The notes under the pieces were generated by a model. The model searched no databases, had not been told where the DNA came from, and saw nothing but the letters and a program-made list of their open reading frames with translations. The position numbers and the translations under genes are program-made. Shown here piece by piece: positions 27,966-42,269 of a stretch of 64,000 nt of DNA. How positions within the stretch are numbered: the stretch's first letter is position 1; every line of letters begins with the position of its first letter. This DNA is from Eledone cirrhosa (lineage: Eukaryota), in the NCBI GenBank assembly GCA_964016885.1, contig OZ024743.1:207018001-207082000 (forward strand), written 5' to 3'.

Positions 27966-29614
27966 TAAACACTGAAAGGAGCTCATCCCACTGGTCAGCT
28001 CCAGCATACTGATCCTTGGCTCCATATATTCACTGCTAGGAGCTCATCCCACTGGTCAGCTCCAGCATACTGATCCTTGGTACCATATATACACTGCTGG
28101 GAGCTCATCCCACTGGTCAGCTCCAGCATACTGATCCTTGGTACCATATATACGCTACTGGGAGCTCATCCCACTGGTCAGCTCTGATACTTGGCACCAT
28201 TATACACTGCTGGGAGCTCATCCCACTGGTCAGCTCCAGCATACTGATCCTTGGTACCATATATACACTGCAGGGAGCTCATCCTACTGGTCAGCTCTGA
28301 TACTGATACTTGGTACCATATATACACTGAAGGGAGCTCATCCCACTGGTCAGCTCTGATACTAATCCTTGGTAACATATATACACTGAAGGGAGCTCAT
28401 CCCACTGGTCAGCTCCAGCATACTGATCCTTGGTACCAGATAAACACTGAAGGGAGCTCATCCCACTGGTTAGCTCTGATACTGATCCTTGGTACCATAT
28501 ATACACTGAGGGAGCTCATCCCACTGGTCAGCTCTGATACTGATCCTTGGTACCATATATACACTGAAGGGAGCTCATCCCACTGGTCAGCTCTGATACT
28601 GATCCTTGGTACCATATATACACTGAAGGGAGATCATCCCACTGGTCAGCTCTGATACTGATCCTTGGCACCATATATACACTGCTGGGAGCTCATCCCA
28701 CTGGTCACCTCTGATACTGATTCTTGGTACCATATATACACTGAAGGGAGCTCATCCCACAGGTCAGCTCTGATACTGATTCTTGGTATCATATATACAC
28801 TGAAGGGAGCTCATCCCACAGGTCAGCTCCAGCATACTGATCCTTGGTACCATATGTACACTGAAGGGAGCTCATCCCACATGTCAGCTCTGATACTGAT
28901 TCTTGGTACCATATATACACTGAAGGGAGATCATGCCACAGGTCAGCTCCAGCATACTGATCCTTGGTACCATATATACACTGAAGGGAGCTCATCCCAC
29001 TGGTCAGCTCTGATACTGATTCTTGGTACCATATATACACTGCTGGGAGCTCATCTCACTGGTCAGCTCCAGCATACAGATCCTTGGTACCATATATACA
29101 CTGCAGGGAGCTCATCCCACTGGTCAGCTCTGATACTGATTCTTGGTACCATATATACACTGAAGGGAGCTCATCCCACTTGTCAGCTCTGATACTAATC
29201 CTTGGAACCATATATACACTGCAGGGAGCTCATCCCACTGGTCAGCTCCAGCATACTGATCCTTGGTACCATATATACACTGCTGGGAGCTCATCCCACT
29301 GGTCAGCTCTGATACTGATTCTTAGTACCATATATACACTGCTGGGAGCTCATCCCACTGGTCAGCTCCAGCATACTGATCCTTGGTACCATATATACAC
29401 TGCAGGGAGCTCATCCCACTGGTCAGCTCTGATACTGATCCTTGGTAACATATATACACTGCTGGGAGCTCTTCCCACTGGTCAGCTCTGATACTGATCC
29501 TTGGTACCATATATACACTACTTGGAGCTCATCCCACTTGTCAGCTCTGATACTGATCCTTGGTACCATATATACACTGAAGGGAGCTCATCCCGCTGGC
29601 CAGCTCTGATACTG

Positions 29615-32230
29615 ATCCTTGGTACCATATATACACTGCTGGGAGCTCATACAAATGGTCAGCTCTGATACTGATCCTTGTTACCATATATACACGGCAA
29701 GGAGCTCATCCCACTGGTCAGCTCTGATACTGATCCTTGGTACCATATATACACTGAAGGGAGCTCATCCCACTGGTCAGCTCTGATACTGATCCTTGGT
29801 ACCATATATTCACTGAAGGGAGCTCATCCCACTGGTCAGCTCTGATACTGATCCTTGGCACCATATAAACACTGAAGGGAGCTCATCCCACAGGTCAGCT
29901 CTGATACTGATCCTTGGTACCATATATACACTGAAGGGAGCTGATCCCACTGGTCAGCTCTGATACTGATCCTTGGTACCATATATACACTGCAGGGAGC
30001 TCATCCCACTGGTCAGATCTGATACTGATCCTTGGCACCATATATACACTGAAAGGAGCCCATCCCACTGGTCAGCTCTGATACTGATCCTTGGTACCAG
30101 ATAAACACTGAAATGAGCTCATCCCACTGGTCAGCTTCAGCATACTGATCCTTGGTACCATATATACACTGCTGGAAGCTCATCCCACTGGTCAGCTCTG
30201 ATACTGATCCTTGGTACCATATATACACTGAAGGGAGCTCATCCCACTGGTCAGCTCTGATACTGTTCCTTGGTACCATATATACACTTAAGGGAGCTCA
30301 TCTCACTGGTCAGCTCTGATACTGATCCTTGGTACCATATATACAATACTGGGAGCTCATCCCACTGGTAAGCTCCAGCATACTGATCCTTGTTACCATA
30401 TATACACTGAAGGGAGCTCATCCCACTGGTCAGCTCTGATACTGTTCCTTGGTACCATATATACACTGCAGGGAGCTCATCCCACTGGTCAGCTCTGATA
30501 CTGATCCTTGGCACCATATATACACTGAAGGGAGCTCATCCCACTGGTCAGCTCTGATACTGATCCTTGGTACCAGATAAACACTGAAAGGAGCTCATCC
30601 CACTGGTCAGCTCCAGCATACTGATCCTTGGTACCATATATACACTGCTGGGAGCTCATCCCACTGGTCAGCTCTGATACTGATCCTTGGTACCATATAT
30701 ACACTACTGGGAGCACATCCCACTGGTCAGCTCTGATACTGATCCTTGGTACCAGATAAACACTGAAAGGAGCTCATACCACTGGTCAGCTCCAGCATAC
30801 TGATCCTTGGTACCATATATACACTGCTGGGAGCTCATCCCACTGGTCAGCTCTGATACTGATCCTTGGTACCATATATACACTGCTGGGAGCTCATCCC
30901 ACTGGTCAGCTCTGATACTGATCCTTGGTACCATATATACACTGCTGGGAGCTCATACAAATGGTCAGCTCTGATACTGATCCTTGTTACCATATATACA
31001 CGGCAAGGAGCTCATCCCACTGGTCAGCTCTGATACTGATCCTTGGTACCATATATACACTGAAGGGAGCTCATCCCACTGGTCAGCTCTGATACTGATC
31101 CTTGGTACCATATATTCACTGAAGGGAGCTCATCCCACTGGTCAGCTCTGATACTGATCCTTGGCACCATATAAACACTGAAGGGAGCTCATCCCACAGG
31201 TCAGCTCTGATACTGATCCTTGGTATCATATATACACTGAAGGGAGCTGATCCCACTGGTCAGCTCTGATACTGATCCTTGGTACCATATATACACTGCA
31301 GGGAGCTCATCCCACTGGTCAGATCTGATACTGATCCTTGGCACCATATATACACTGAAAGGAGCCCATCCCACTGGTCAGCTCTGATACTGATCCTTGG
31401 TACCAGATAAACACTGAAATGAGCTCATCCCACTGGTCAGCTTCAGCATACTGATCCTTGGTACCATATATACACTGCTGGAAGCTCATCCCACTGGTCA
31501 GCTCTGATACTGATCCTTGGTACCATATATACACTGAAGGGAGCTCATCCCACTGGTCAGCTCTGATACTGTTCCTTGGTACCATATATACACTTAAGGG
31601 AGCTCATCTCACTGGTCAGCTCTGATACTGATCCTTGGTACCATATATACAATACTGGGAGCTCATCCCACTGGTAAGCTCCAGCATACTGATCCTTGTT
31701 ACCATATATACACTGAAGGGAGCTCATCCCACTGGTCAGCTCTGATACTGTTCCTTGGTACCATATATACACTGCAGGGAGCTCATCCCACTGGTCAGCT
31801 CTGATACTGATCCTTGGCACCATATATACACTGAAGGGAGCTCATCCCACTGGTCAGCTCTGATACTGATCCTTGGTACCAGATAAACACTGAAAGGAGC
31901 TCATCCCACTGGTCAGCTCCAGCATACTGATCCTTGGTACCATATATACACTGCTGGGAGCTCATCCCACTGGTCAGCTCTGATACTGATCCTTGGTACC
32001 ATATATACACTACTGGGAGCACATCCCACTGGTCAGCTCTGATACTGATCCTTGGTACCAGATAAACACTGAAAGGAGCTCATACCACTGGTCAGCTCCA
32101 GCATACTGATCCTTTGTACCATATATACACTGCTGGGAGCTCATCCCACTGGTCAGCTCTGATACTGATCCTTGGTACCATATATACACTGCTGGGAGCT
32201 CATCCCACTGGTCAGCTCTGATACTGATCC
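29615..32230. repeat. Tandem duplication, 1306-bp unit (22 monomers) x2
   Basis: ORF pairs 30013/31319, 30251/31557, 30489/31795 and 30704/32010. The marker GGGAGCTCATACAAATGG occurs at 29641 and 30947. Confidence 0.9.
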
Positions 32231-35200
32231 TTGGTACCATATATACACTGCAGGGAGCTCATCCCACTGGTCAGCTCTGATACTGATTATTGGTACCATA
32301 TATACACTACTGGGAGCTCATCCCACTGGTCAGCTCTGATACTGATCCTTGGTACCATATATACACTGCTGGGAGCTCATCCCACTGGTCAGCTCTGATA
32401 CTGATCCTTGGTAAGAAATATACACTGAAGGGAGCTCATCCCACTGGTCAGCTCTGATACTGATCCTTGGTACCACATAAAGACTGAAAGGAGCTCATCC
32501 CACTGGTCAGCTCCAGCATACTGATCCTTGGTACCATATATACACTGCTGGGAGCTCATCCCACTGGTCAGCTCTGATACTGATCCTTGGTACCATATAT
32601 ACACTGCAGGGAGCTCATCCCACTGGTCAGCTCTGATACTGATCCTTGGTACCATATATACGCTACTGGGAGCTCATCCCACTGGTCAGCTCCAGCATAC
32701 AGATCCTTGGTACCATATATACACTGCTGGGAGCTCATCCCACTGGTCAGCTCCAGCATACTGTTCCTTGGTACCATATATACACTGCAAGGAGCTCAAC
32801 CCACTGGTCAGCTCCAGCATACTGATCCTTGGCACCATATATTCACTGCTAGGAGCTCATCCCACTGGTCAGCTCCAGCATACTGATCCTTGGTACCATA
32901 TGTACACTGAAGGGAGCTCATCCCACATGTCAGCTCTGATACTGATTCTTGGTACCATATATACACTGAAGGGAGATCATGCCACAGGTCAGCTCCAGCA
33001 TACTGATCCTTGGTACCATATATACACTGAAGGGAGCTCATCCCACTGGTCAGCTCTGATACTGATTCTTGGTACCATATATACACTGCTGGGAGCTCAT
33101 CTCACTGGTCAGCTCCAGCATACAGATCCTTGGTACCATATATACACTGCAGGGAGCTCATCCCACTGGTCAGCTCTGATACTGATTCTTGGTACCATAT
33201 ATACACTGAAGGGAGCTCATCCCACTTGTCAGCTCTGATACTAATCCTTGGAACCATATATACACTGCAGGGAGCTCATCCCACTGGTCAGCTCCAGCAT
33301 ACTGATCCTTGGTACCATATATACACTGCTGGGAGCTCATCCCACTGGTCAGCTCTGATACTGATTCTTAGTACCATATATACACTGCTGGGAGCTCATC
33401 CCACTGGTCAGCTCCAGCATACTGATCCTTGGTACCATATATACACTGCAGGGAGCTCATCCCACTGGTCAGCTCTGATACTGATCCTTGTTACCATATA
33501 TACACTGCTGGGAGCTCTTCCCACTGGTCAGCTCTGATACTGATCCTTGGTACCATATATACACTACTTGGAGCTCATCCCACTTGTCAGCTCTGATACT
33601 GATCCTTGGTACCATATATACACTGCTGGGAGCTCATCCCGCTGGCCAGCTCTGATACTGATCCTTGGTACCATATATACACTGCTGGGAGCTCATCCAA
33701 ATGGTCAGCTCTGATACTGATCCTTGTTACCATATATACACGGCAAGGAGCTCATCCCACTGGTCAGCTCTGATACTGATCCTTGGTACCATATATACAC
33801 TGAAGGGAGCTCATCCCACTGGTCAGCTCTGATACTGATCCTTGGTACCATATATTCACTGAAGGGAGCTCATCCCACTGGTCAGCTCTGATACTGATCC
33901 TTGGCACCATATAAACACTGAATGGAGCTCATCCCACTGGTTAGCTCTGGTACTGATCCTTGGTACCATATATACACTGAAGGGAGCTCATCCCACAGGT
34001 CAGCTCTGATACTGATCCTTGGTACCATATATACACTGAAGGGAGCTGATCCCACTGGTCAGCTCTGATACTGTTCCTTGGTACCATATATACACTTAAG
34101 GGAGCTCATCTCACTGGTCAGCTCTGATACTGATCCTTGGTACCATATATACAATAATGGGAGCTCATCCCACTGGCAAGCTCCAGCATACTGATCCTTG
34201 TTACCATATATACACTGAAGGGAGCTCATCCCACTGGTCAGCTCTGATACTGATCCTTGGTACCATATATACACTGCAGGGAGCTCATCCCACTGGTCAG
34301 CTCTGATACTGATCCTTGGCACCATATATACACTGAAGGGAGCTCATCCCATTGGTCAGCTCTGATACTGATCCTTGGTACCAGATAAACACTGAAAGGA
34401 GCTCATCCCACTGGTCAGCTCCAGCATACTGATCCTTGGTACCATATATACACTGCTGGGAGCTCATCCCACTGGTCAGCTCTGATACTGATCCTTGGTA
34501 CCATATATACACTACTGGGAGCTCATCCCACTGGTCAGCTCTGATACTGATCCTTGGTACCAGATAAACACTGAAAGGAGCTCATACCACTGGTCAGCTC
34601 CAGCATACTGATCCTTGGTACCATATATACACCGCTGGGAGCTCATCCCACTGGTCAGCTCTGATACTGATCCTTGGTACCATATATACACTGCTGGGAG
34701 CTCATCCCACTGGTCAGCATCAGCATACTGATCCTTGGTACCATATATACACTGCGGGGAGCTCATCCTACTGGTCAGCTCTGATACTGATCCTTGGTAC
34801 CATATATACACTGAAGGTAGCTCATCCCACTGGTCAGCTCTGATACTGATCCTTGGTACCAGATAAACACTGAAAGGAGCTCATCCCACTGGTCAGCTCC
34901 AGCATACTGATCCTTGGAACCATATATTCACTGCTAGGAGCTCATCCCACTGGTCAGCTCCAGCATACTGATCCTTGGTACCATATATACACTGCTGGGA
35001 GCTCATCCCACTGGTCAGCTCCAGCATACTGATCCTTGGTACCATATATACGCTACTGGGAGCTCATCCTACTGGTCAGCTCTGATACTGATCCTTGGTA
35101 CCATATATACACTGAAGGGAGCTCATCCCACTGGTCAGCTCTGATACTGATCTTTGGTACCATATATACACTGCTCGGAGCTCATCCCACTGGTCAGCTC

Positions 35201-38200
35201 TGATACTGATCCTTGGCACCATATATGCACTGCTGGGAGCTCATCCCACTGGTCAGCTCTGATACTGATCCTTGGTGCCATATATACACTGCTGGGAGCT
35301 CATCCCACTGGTCAGCTCCAGCATACTGATCCTTGGTACAATATATACTCTGCTGGGAGCTCATCCCACTGGTCAGCTCTGATACTGATCCTTGGTACCA
35401 TATATACACTGCTGCGAGCTCATCCTACTGGTCAGCTCTGATACTGATCCTTGGTACCATATATACACTGAAGGGAGCTCATCCCACTGGTCAGCTCTGA
35501 TACTGATCCTTGGTACCATATATACACTGCTCGGAGCTCATCCCACTGGTCAGCTCTGATACTGATCCTTGGCACCATATATACACTGCTGGGATCTCAT
35601 CCCACTGGTCAGCTCTGATACTGATCCTTGGTACCATATATACACTGAAGGGAGCTCATCCCACTGGTCATTTCTGATACTGATCCTTGGTACCATATAT
35701 ACACTGAAGGGATCTCATCCCACTGGTCAGCTCTGACAGTGATCCTTGGTACCATATATACACTGCAGGGAGCTCATCCCACTGGTCAGCTCCAGCATAC
35801 TGATCCTTGGTACCATATATACACTGCTGGGAGCTCATCCCACTGGTCAGCTCTGATACTGATCCTTGGTACCATATATACACTGCAAGGAGCTCAACCC
35901 ACTGGTCAGCTCCAGCATACTGATCCTTGGCACCATATATTCACTGCTAGGAGCTCATCCCACTGGTCATCTCCAGCATACTGATCCTTGGTACCATATA
36001 TACACTGCTGGGAGCTCATCCCACTGCTCAGCTCTGATACTGATCCTTGGTACCATATATACACTGAAGGGAGCTGATCCCACTGGTCAGCTCTGATACT
36101 GATCCTTGGTACCATATATACACTGCAGGGAGCTCATCCCACTGGTCAGATATGATACTGATCCTTGGCACCATATATACACTGAAAGGAGCCCATCCCA
36201 CTGGTCAGCTCTGATACTGATCCTTGGTACCAGATAAACACTGAAATGAGCTCATCCCACTGGTCAGCTTCAGCATACTGATCCTTGGTACCATATATAC
36301 ACTGCTGGAAGCTCATCCCACTGGTCAGCTCTGATACTGATCCTTGGTACCATATATACACTGAAGGGAGCTCATCCCACTGGTCAGCTCTGATACTGTT
36401 CCTTGGTACCATATATACACTTAAGGGAGCTCATCTCACTGGTCAGCTCTGATACTGATCCTTGGTACCATATATACAATACTGGGAGCTCATCCCACTG
36501 GTAAGCTCCAGCATACTGATCCTTGTTACCATATATACACTGAAGGGAGCTCATCCCACTGGTCAGCTCTGATACTGATCCTTGGTACCATATATACACT
36601 GCAGGGAGCTCATCCCACTGTTCAGCTCTGATACTGATCCTTGGCACCATATATACACTGAAGGGAGCTCATCCCACTGGTCAGCTCTGATACTGATCCT
36701 TGGTACCAGATAAACACTGAAAGGAGCTCATCCCACTGGTCAGCTCCAGCATACTGATCCTTGGTACCATATATACACTGCTGGGAGCTCATCCCACTGG
36801 TCAGCTCTGATACTGATCCTTGGTACCATATATACACTACTGGGAGCTCATCCCACTGGTCAGCTCTGATACTGATCCTTGGTACCAGATAAACACTGAA
36901 AGGAGCTCATACCACTGGTCAGCTCCAGCATACTGATCCTTGGTACCATATATACACTGCTGGGAGCTCATCCCACTGGTCAGCTCTGATACTGATCCTT
37001 GGTACCATATATACACTGCTGGGAGCTCATCCCACTGGTCAGCTCTGATACTGATCCTTGGTACCATATATACACTGCAGGGAGCGCATCCCACTGGTCA
37101 GCTCTGATACTGATTATTGGTACCATATATACACTACTGGGAGCTCATCCCACTGGTCAGCTCTGATACTGATCCTTGGTACCATATATACACTGCTGGG
37201 AGCTCATCCCACTGGTCAGCTCTGATACTGATCCTTGGTAAGAAATATACACTGAAGGGAGCTCATCCCACTGGTCAGCTCTGATACTGATCCTTGGTAC
37301 CACATAAAGACTGAAAGGAGCTCATCCCACTGGTCAGCTCCAGCATACTGATCCTTGGTACCATATATACACTGCTGGGAGCTCATCCCACTGGTCAGCT
37401 CTGATACTGATCCTTGGTACCATATATACACTGCAGGGAGCTCATCCCACTGGTCAGCTCTGATACTGATCCTTGGTACCATATATACGCTACTGGGAGC
37501 TCATCCCACTGGTCAGCTCCAGCATACAGATCCTTGGTACCATATATACACTGCTGGGAGCTCATCCCACTGGTCAGCTCCAGCATACTGTTCCTTGGTA
37601 CCATATATACACTGCAAGGAGCTCAACCCACTGGTCAGCTCCAGCATACTGATCCTTGGCACCATATATTCATTGCTAGGAGCTCATCCCACTGGTCAGC
37701 TCCAGCATACTGATCCTTGGTACCATATATACACTGCTGGGAGCTCATCCCACTGGTCAGCTCTGATACTGATCCTTGGTACCATATATACACTGCTGGG
37801 AGCTTATCCCACTGGTCAGCTCTGATACTGATCCTTGGTACCATATATACACTGCAGGGAGCTCATCCCACTGGTCAGCTCTGATACTGATCCTTGGTAC
37901 CATATATACACTGAAGGGAGCTCATCCCACTGGTCAGCTCTGATACTGATCCTTGGTACCATCTATACACTGAAGGGAGCTCATCCCACTGGTCAGCTCT
38001 GATACTGATCCTTGGTACCATATATACACTGCAGGGAGCTCATCCCACTGGTCAGCTCTGATACTGATGCTTGGCACCATATATACACTACTGGGAGCTC
38101 ATCCCACTGGTCAGCTCTGATACTGATCCTTGGTACCATATATACACTGAAAGAAGCCCATCCCACTGGTCAGCTCTGATACTGATCCTTGGTACCAGAT

Positions 38201-41200
38201 AAACACTGAAAGGAGCTCATCCCACTGGTCAGCTCCAGCATACTGATCCTTGGTACCATATATACACTGCTGGGAGCTCATCCAACTGGTCAGCTCTGAT
38301 ACTGATCCTTGGTACCATATATACACTGAAGGGAGCTGATCCCACTGGTCAGCTCTGATACTGATCCTTGGTGCCATATATACACTGCAGGGAGCTCATC
38401 CCACTGGTCAGATCTGATACTGATCCTTGGCACCATATATACACTGAAAGGAGCCCATCCCACTGGTCAGCTCTGATACTGATCCTTGGTACCAGATAAA
38501 CACTGAAATGAGCTCATCCCACTGGTCAGCTTCAGCATACTGATCCTTGGTACCATATATACACTGATGGAAGCTCATCCCACTGGTCAGCTCTGATACT
38601 GATCCTTGGTACCATATATACACTGAAGGGAGCTCATCCCACTGGTTAGCTCTGATACTGATCCTTGGTACCATATATACACTTAAGGGAGCTCATCTCA
38701 CTGGTCAGCTCTGATACTGATCCTTGGTACCATATATACACTACTGGGAGCTCATCACACTAGTCAGCTCCAGCATACTGATCCTTGTTACCATATATAC
38801 ACTGAAGGGAGCTCATCCCACAGGTCAGCTCTGATACTGATCCTTGGCACCATATATACACTGAAGGGAGCTCATCCCACTGGTCAGCTCTGATACTGAT
38901 CCTTGGTACCAGATAAACACTGAAAGGAGCTCATCCCACTGGTCAGCTCCAGCATACTGATCCTTGGCTCCATATATTCACTGCTAGGAGCTCATCCCAC
39001 TGGTCAGCTCCAGCATACTGATCTTTGGTACCATATATACACTGCTGGGAGCTCATCCCACTGGTCAGCTCCAGCATACTGATCCTTGGTACCATATATA
39101 CGCTACTGGGAGCTCATCCCACTGGTCAGCTCTGATACTTGGCACCATTATACACTGCTGGGAGCTCATCCCACTGGTCAGCTCCAGCATACTGATCCTT
39201 GGTACCATATATACACTGCAGGGAGCTCATCCTACTGGTCAGCTCTGATACTGATACTTGGTACCATATATACACTGAAGGGAGCTCATCCCACTGGTCA
39301 GCTCTGATACTAATCCTTGGTAACATATATACACTGAAGGGAGCTCATCCCACTGGTCAGCTCCAGCATACTGATCCTTGGTACCAGATAAACACTGAAG
39401 GGAGCTCATCCCACTGGTTAGCTCTGATACTGATCCTTGGTACCATATATACACTGAGGGAGCTCATCCCACTGGTCAGCTCTGATACTGATCCTTGGTA
39501 CCATATATACACTGAAGGGAGCTCATCCCACTGGTCAGCTCTGATACTGATCCTTGGTACCATATATACACTGAAGGGAGCTCATCCCACTGGTCACCTC
39601 TGATACTGATTCTTGGTACCATATATACACTGAAGGGAGCTCATCCCACAGGTCAGCTCTGATACTGATTCTTGGTATCATATATACACTGAAGGGAGCT
39701 CATCCCACAGGTCAGCTCCAGCATACTGATCCTTGGTACCATATGTACACTGAAGGGAGCTCATCCCACATGTCAGCTCTGATACTGATTCTTGGTACCA
39801 TATATACACTGAAGGGAGATCATGCCACAGGTCAGCTCCAGCATACTGATCCTTGGTACCATATATACACTGAAGGGAGCTCATCCCACTGGTCAGCTCT
39901 GATACTGATTCTTGGTACCATATATACACTGCTGGGAGCTCATTTCACTGGTCAGCTCCAGCATACAGATCCTTGGTACCATATATACACTGCAGGGAGC
40001 TCATCCCACTGGTCAGCTCTGATACTGATTCTTGGTACCATATATACACTGAAGGGAGCTCATCCCACTTGTCAGCTCTGATACTAATCCTTGGAACCAT
40101 ATATACACTGCAGGGAGCTCATCCCACTGGTCAGCTCCAGCATACTGATCCTTGGTACCATATATACACTGCTGGGAGCTAATCCCACTGGTCAGCTCTG
40201 ATACTGATTCTTAGTACCATATATACACTGCTGGGAGCTCATCCCACTGGTCAGCTCCAGCATACTGATCCTTGGTACCATATATACACTGCAGGGAGCT
40301 CATCCCACTGGTCAGCTCTGATACTGATCCTTGGTAACATATATACACTGCTGGGAGCTCTTCCCACTGGTCAGCTCTGATACTGATCCTTGGTACCATA
40401 TATACACTACTTGGAGCTCATCCCACTTGTCAGCTCTGATACTGATCCTTGGTACCATATATACACTGAAGGGAGCTCATCCCGCTGGCCAGCTCTGATA
40501 CTGATCCTTGGTACCATATATACACTGCTGGGAGCTCATACAAATGGTCAGCTCTGATACTGATCCTTGTTACCATATATACACGGCAAGGAGCTCATCC
40601 CACTGGTCAGCTCTGATACTGATCCTTGGTACCATATATACACTGAAGGGAGCTCATCCCACTGGTCAGCTCTGATACTGATCCTTGGTACCATATATTC
40701 ACTGAAGGGAGCTCATCCCACTGGTCAGCTCTGATACTGATCCTTGGCACCATATAAACACTGAAGGGAGCTCATCCCACAGGTCAGCTCTGATACTGAT
40801 CCTTGGTACCATATATACACTGAAGGGAGCTGATCCCACTGGTCAGCTCTGATACTGATCCTTGGTACCATATATACACTGCAGGGAGCTCATCCCACTG
40901 GTCAGATCTGATACTGATCCTTGGCACCATATATACACTGAAAGGAGCCCATCCCACTGGTCAGCTCTGATACTGATCCTTGGTACCAGATAAACACTGA
41001 AATGAGCTCATCCCACTGGTCAGCTTCAGCATACTGATCCTTGGTACCATATATACACTGCTGGAAGCTCATCCCACTGGTCAGCTCTGATACTGATCCT
41101 TGGTACCATATATACACTGAAGGGAGCTCATCCCACTGGTCAGCTCTGATACTGTTCCTTGGTACCATATATACACTTAAGGGAGCTCATCTCACTGGTC

Positions 41201-42269
41201 AGCTCTGATACTGATCCTTGGTACCATATATACAATACTGGGAGCTCATCCCACTGGTAAGCTCCAGCATACTGATCCTTGTTACCATATATACACTGAA
41301 GGGAGCTCATCCCACTGGTCAGCTCTGATACTGATCCTTGGTACCATATATACACTGCAGGGAGCTCATCCCACTGGTCAGCTCTGATACTGATCCTTGG
41401 CACCATATATACACTGAAGGGAGCTCATCCCACTGGTCAGCTCTGATACTGATCCTTGGTACCAGATAAACACTGAAAGGAGCTCATCCCACTGGTCAGC
41501 TCCAGCATACTGATCCTTGGTACGATATATACACTGCTGGGAGCTCATCCCACTGGTCAGCTCTGATACTGATCCTTGGTACCATATATACACTACTGGG
41601 AGCACATCCCACTGGTCAGCTCTGATACTGATCCTTGGTACCAGATAAACACTGAAAGGAGCTCATACCACTGGTCAGCTCCAGCATACTGATCCTTGGT
41701 ACCATATATACACTGCTGGGAGCTCATCCCACTGGTCAGCTCTGATACTGATCCTTGGTACCATATATACACTGCTGGGAGCTCATCCCACTGGTCAGCT
41801 CTGATACTGATCCTTGGTACCATATATACACTGCAGGGAGCTCATCCCACTGGTCAGCTCTGATACTGATCCTTGGTACCATATATACACTGCTGGGAGC
41901 TCATCCCACTGGTCAGCTCTGATACTGATCCTTGGTAAGAAATATACACTGAAGGGAGCTCATCCCACTGGTCAGCTCTGATACTGATCCTTGGTACCAC
42001 ATAAAGACTGAAAGGAGCTCATCCCACTGGTCAGCTCCAGCATACTGATCCTTGGTACCATATATACACTGCTGGGAGCTCATCCCACTGGTCAGCTCTG
42101 ATACTGATCCTTGGTACCATATATACACTGCAGGGAGCTCATCCCACTGGTCAGCTCTGATACTGATCCTTGGTAACATATATACGCTACTGGGAGCTCA
42201 TCCCACTGGTCAGCTCCAGCATACAGATCCTTGGTACCATATATACACTGCTGGGAGCTCATCCCACTG

